Assembly: GCA_026770705.1 (NCBI GenBank)
Contig: JANJGN010000152.1
Span: 868,001-932,000, forward strand
Origin: Isurus oxyrinchus
Taxonomy: Eukaryota
Direction: 5' to 3'
Length of the DNA stretch: 64,000 bases
Every line of letters starts with the position of its first letter. Position 1 is the stretch's first letter. The notes beneath the pieces are model-generated. The model was given only the letters and a program-made list of their open reading frames with translations. It was not told the DNA's origin and made no database searches. Made by a program: the position numbers and the translations under genes. Shown here in pieces: positions 61,990 to 64,000 of this stretch.

Positions 61990-62301
61990 GTGATCACCAA
62001 TGCCACAACGATCCCACAATTACTCTATTGCCACCTCCAATAGAACAAGTCTTACTGGAAGCGACCGTGACCTTAACCTGCATCGTTTCTAATGCTCCTT
62101 ATGGAGTCCTCGTGTCCTGGACACAAGAGAAGAAGCCTTTGAAATCAGAAATCGCGGTCCAACCAGGAGAGGATCCCGACAGCGTGGTCAGCAACGTAAA
62201 CATCTCGACACAAGCCTGGCTGAGTGGGGCTGAGTTCTACTGCGTGGTGAGCCATCAGGATCTGCCGACTCCTTTAAGAAGTTCCATCCACAAGGAACCA
62301 G
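61990..62301 (+). CDS. IGHM: IgM Cmu3 exon
   Basis: [35 protein letters not shown]. Confidence 0.97.
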
Positions 62302-63005
62302 GTGAGCGGTGAGATTGAAGCAATAAATTGTTCGATGTGTCTATTTCCAGTGTAAGTGTAAGGATCAATATTTACTATTCATTGTATTCATGCTCTACTC
62401 TGATTAGCAATTTCGCCAACTAAATGCCCTGGGCCTGTGAAATTTCAGGGGGAAATTGATAAGTAGATGAATGAAAAATGAATTGAAGGTTGTGCCATTG
62501 GGTTTAGATGAAGCAAGATGGGAGGAGCCTGGTGCGAAGCTAAAACACCAACATGGACCAGTTGGGCAGAATGGCCTGTTTCTGTGCTGTAAACTTTGAG
62601 CAACTTTCTCGTCCAACCCCAGGGAAAAGGATTGTGCCACATCTGCTCCAAGCTGGAAAGCCGGACAGATCCCAAAGTATTTTATTTATTAATTCATGGG
62701 ATGTGGGCGTCGCTGGCTGGGCCAGAGTTATTGCCCATCCCTAATTGCCCTTGACAAGGTGTTGGTGAGCTGCCTTCTTGAACCGCTGCAGTCCATGTGG
62801 TGTAGATACACCCACAGTGCTGTTAGGGAGGGTGTTCCAGGATTTTGATTCAGCTATAGTGAAGAATCGGTGATATATTTCCTAGAAGTGGATAATGAAA
62901 AACCTTAATATTCATCACAAAACACGTTTCTCTCACATCTAACCAGCCGTTTCATTGTCTACGAAAGTATCCAGCTTATTGACATTTATTGTACATTTTC
63001 TGCAG

Positions 63006-63397
63006 TTAAAGACCCGCGGGAACCGTCCGTGTCTGTCCTCCTGCCCTCGGCAGAAGATGTCTCCGCTCAGAGGTCCGTCTCCCTCAGCTGCTTAGTGAGA
63101 GGTTTCTCCCCCCGAGAGATCTTCGTCAAGTGGACCGTCAATGACAAGCCGGTGGCTCCCGGAAACTACAAGAACACCGAGGTAGTGGCAGAGAATGGCA
63201 ATCGCTCCTTCTTCATGTACAGCCTGTTATCCATTGCAGCGGAGGAGTGGGCCAGCGGCGCTTCTTACTCCTGTGTGGTGGGACATGAAGCGATCCCCTT
63301 GAAGATCATCAACAGAACGGTTGATAAATCCAGCGGTAAACCGAGTTTTGTGAACATTTCCCTTGCACTGATGGACACCGTTAATTCATGTCAATGA
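63006..63397 (+). CDS. IGHM: IgM Cmu4 exon with secretory tailpiece
   Basis: [29 protein letters not shown]; internal donor g|gtaaa at 63335/6 for TM splicing; tail [20 protein letters not shown] with N-x-S and penultimate Cys. Confidence 0.98.
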
Positions 63398-63424
63398 GAA
63401 TCTCTCGGTGCCATTTCAAACTAC

Positions 63425-63440
63425 AATAAAAAATAATAAA
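63425..63440 (+). terminator. Secretory polyadenylation signals
   Basis: Two AATAAA at 63425 and 63435; GT/T-rich sequence downstream. Confidence 0.85.
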
Positions 63441-63839
63441 GTCCTTTTCTCCAATCGTGATTTAAATGCACAATCGTTTAATTAATGTTGTTTTCCACTT
63501 TTGATCATTTTAGACGTGTTTTGTTAAAATCGGATACTCACAGGGCTCAGACCCAAGTCTTGTACATCCAGTGCTCCCAGCTCAGATACACTCTGGGTTA
63601 AAGACAGAGTAAAGCTCATTCATTGCAGGATTCTGCAAAATAACTTCACCAGCTCTCCTCCCGCTGAGGAGAAATCTGACAATTTCTCATTTCTGAGAAA
63701 ACAAACACAGCACATTTAGATCTCGGTGTTCCTGCCTCTTTTGTCGTCCATCCCTTTAAAATAGATGCCAGCTTTAAGCTTCTGCATCATACTCACTGGG
63801 AACTGAAGTGAGGGTCACACAGAAATATGTCCCAACAAT

Positions 63840-64000
63840 CCCCCACCAGAGAGAGGGGGAAGGGAAATTGTTACCCCACTGCACCTCCACCTCCCCAACA
63901 GAGAGAGGGAGAGTGGAAATTGTTAACCCACTGTACCTCCACCTCCTCAACAGAGAGAGGGGGAGTGGAAATTGCTAACCCACTGTACCCCGACTTCTCC
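63840..64000. repeat. ~52-bp tandem repeat
   Basis: cagagagagggg..ggaaattgttaacccactgtacctccacctcc, three copies to the window end. Confidence 0.8.

Noticed and set aside
46815-63397. Germline-joined IgM, IgW or IgNAR identity
   Set aside because: V, D, D and J are separate with RSSs, and the four C domains plus tailpiece are mu-type.
63441-64000. IgM transmembrane exons
   Set aside because: No TM-coding exon is visible; it presumably lies beyond the window.

Overview
Cartilaginous-fish (shark-like) genomic DNA joining two antigen-receptor loci. Left (~1.5-20 kb): the decaying edge of a T-cell receptor alpha/delta-type V array. It holds one intact V with a 23-RSS that lacks the CDR2/C'' segment, several V pseudogenes and relics in both orientations, and CTCF-like motifs behind the RSSs. 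Middle (~11-44 kb): a large 27/54-bp minisatellite field, other tandem repeats, CR1/L2/RTE LINE fragments, a Penelope-like element with short palindromic derivatives carrying hammerhead-like motifs, and inverted pairs of relic Ig-superfamily exons. Right (46.7-63.4 kb): a complete, unrearranged, apparently functional IgM heavy-chain cluster (L-VH-D1-D2-JH-Cmu1-4 plus secretory tail; TM exons are not seen in the window). Its 12-kb J-C intron contains an SCD-like gene fragment, a 1.9-kb G-rich strand-asymmetric repeat and two hairpins. Two short N gaps (13641-13771, 19200-19327) limit interpretation. All calls were made by eye; repeat boundaries are approximate.
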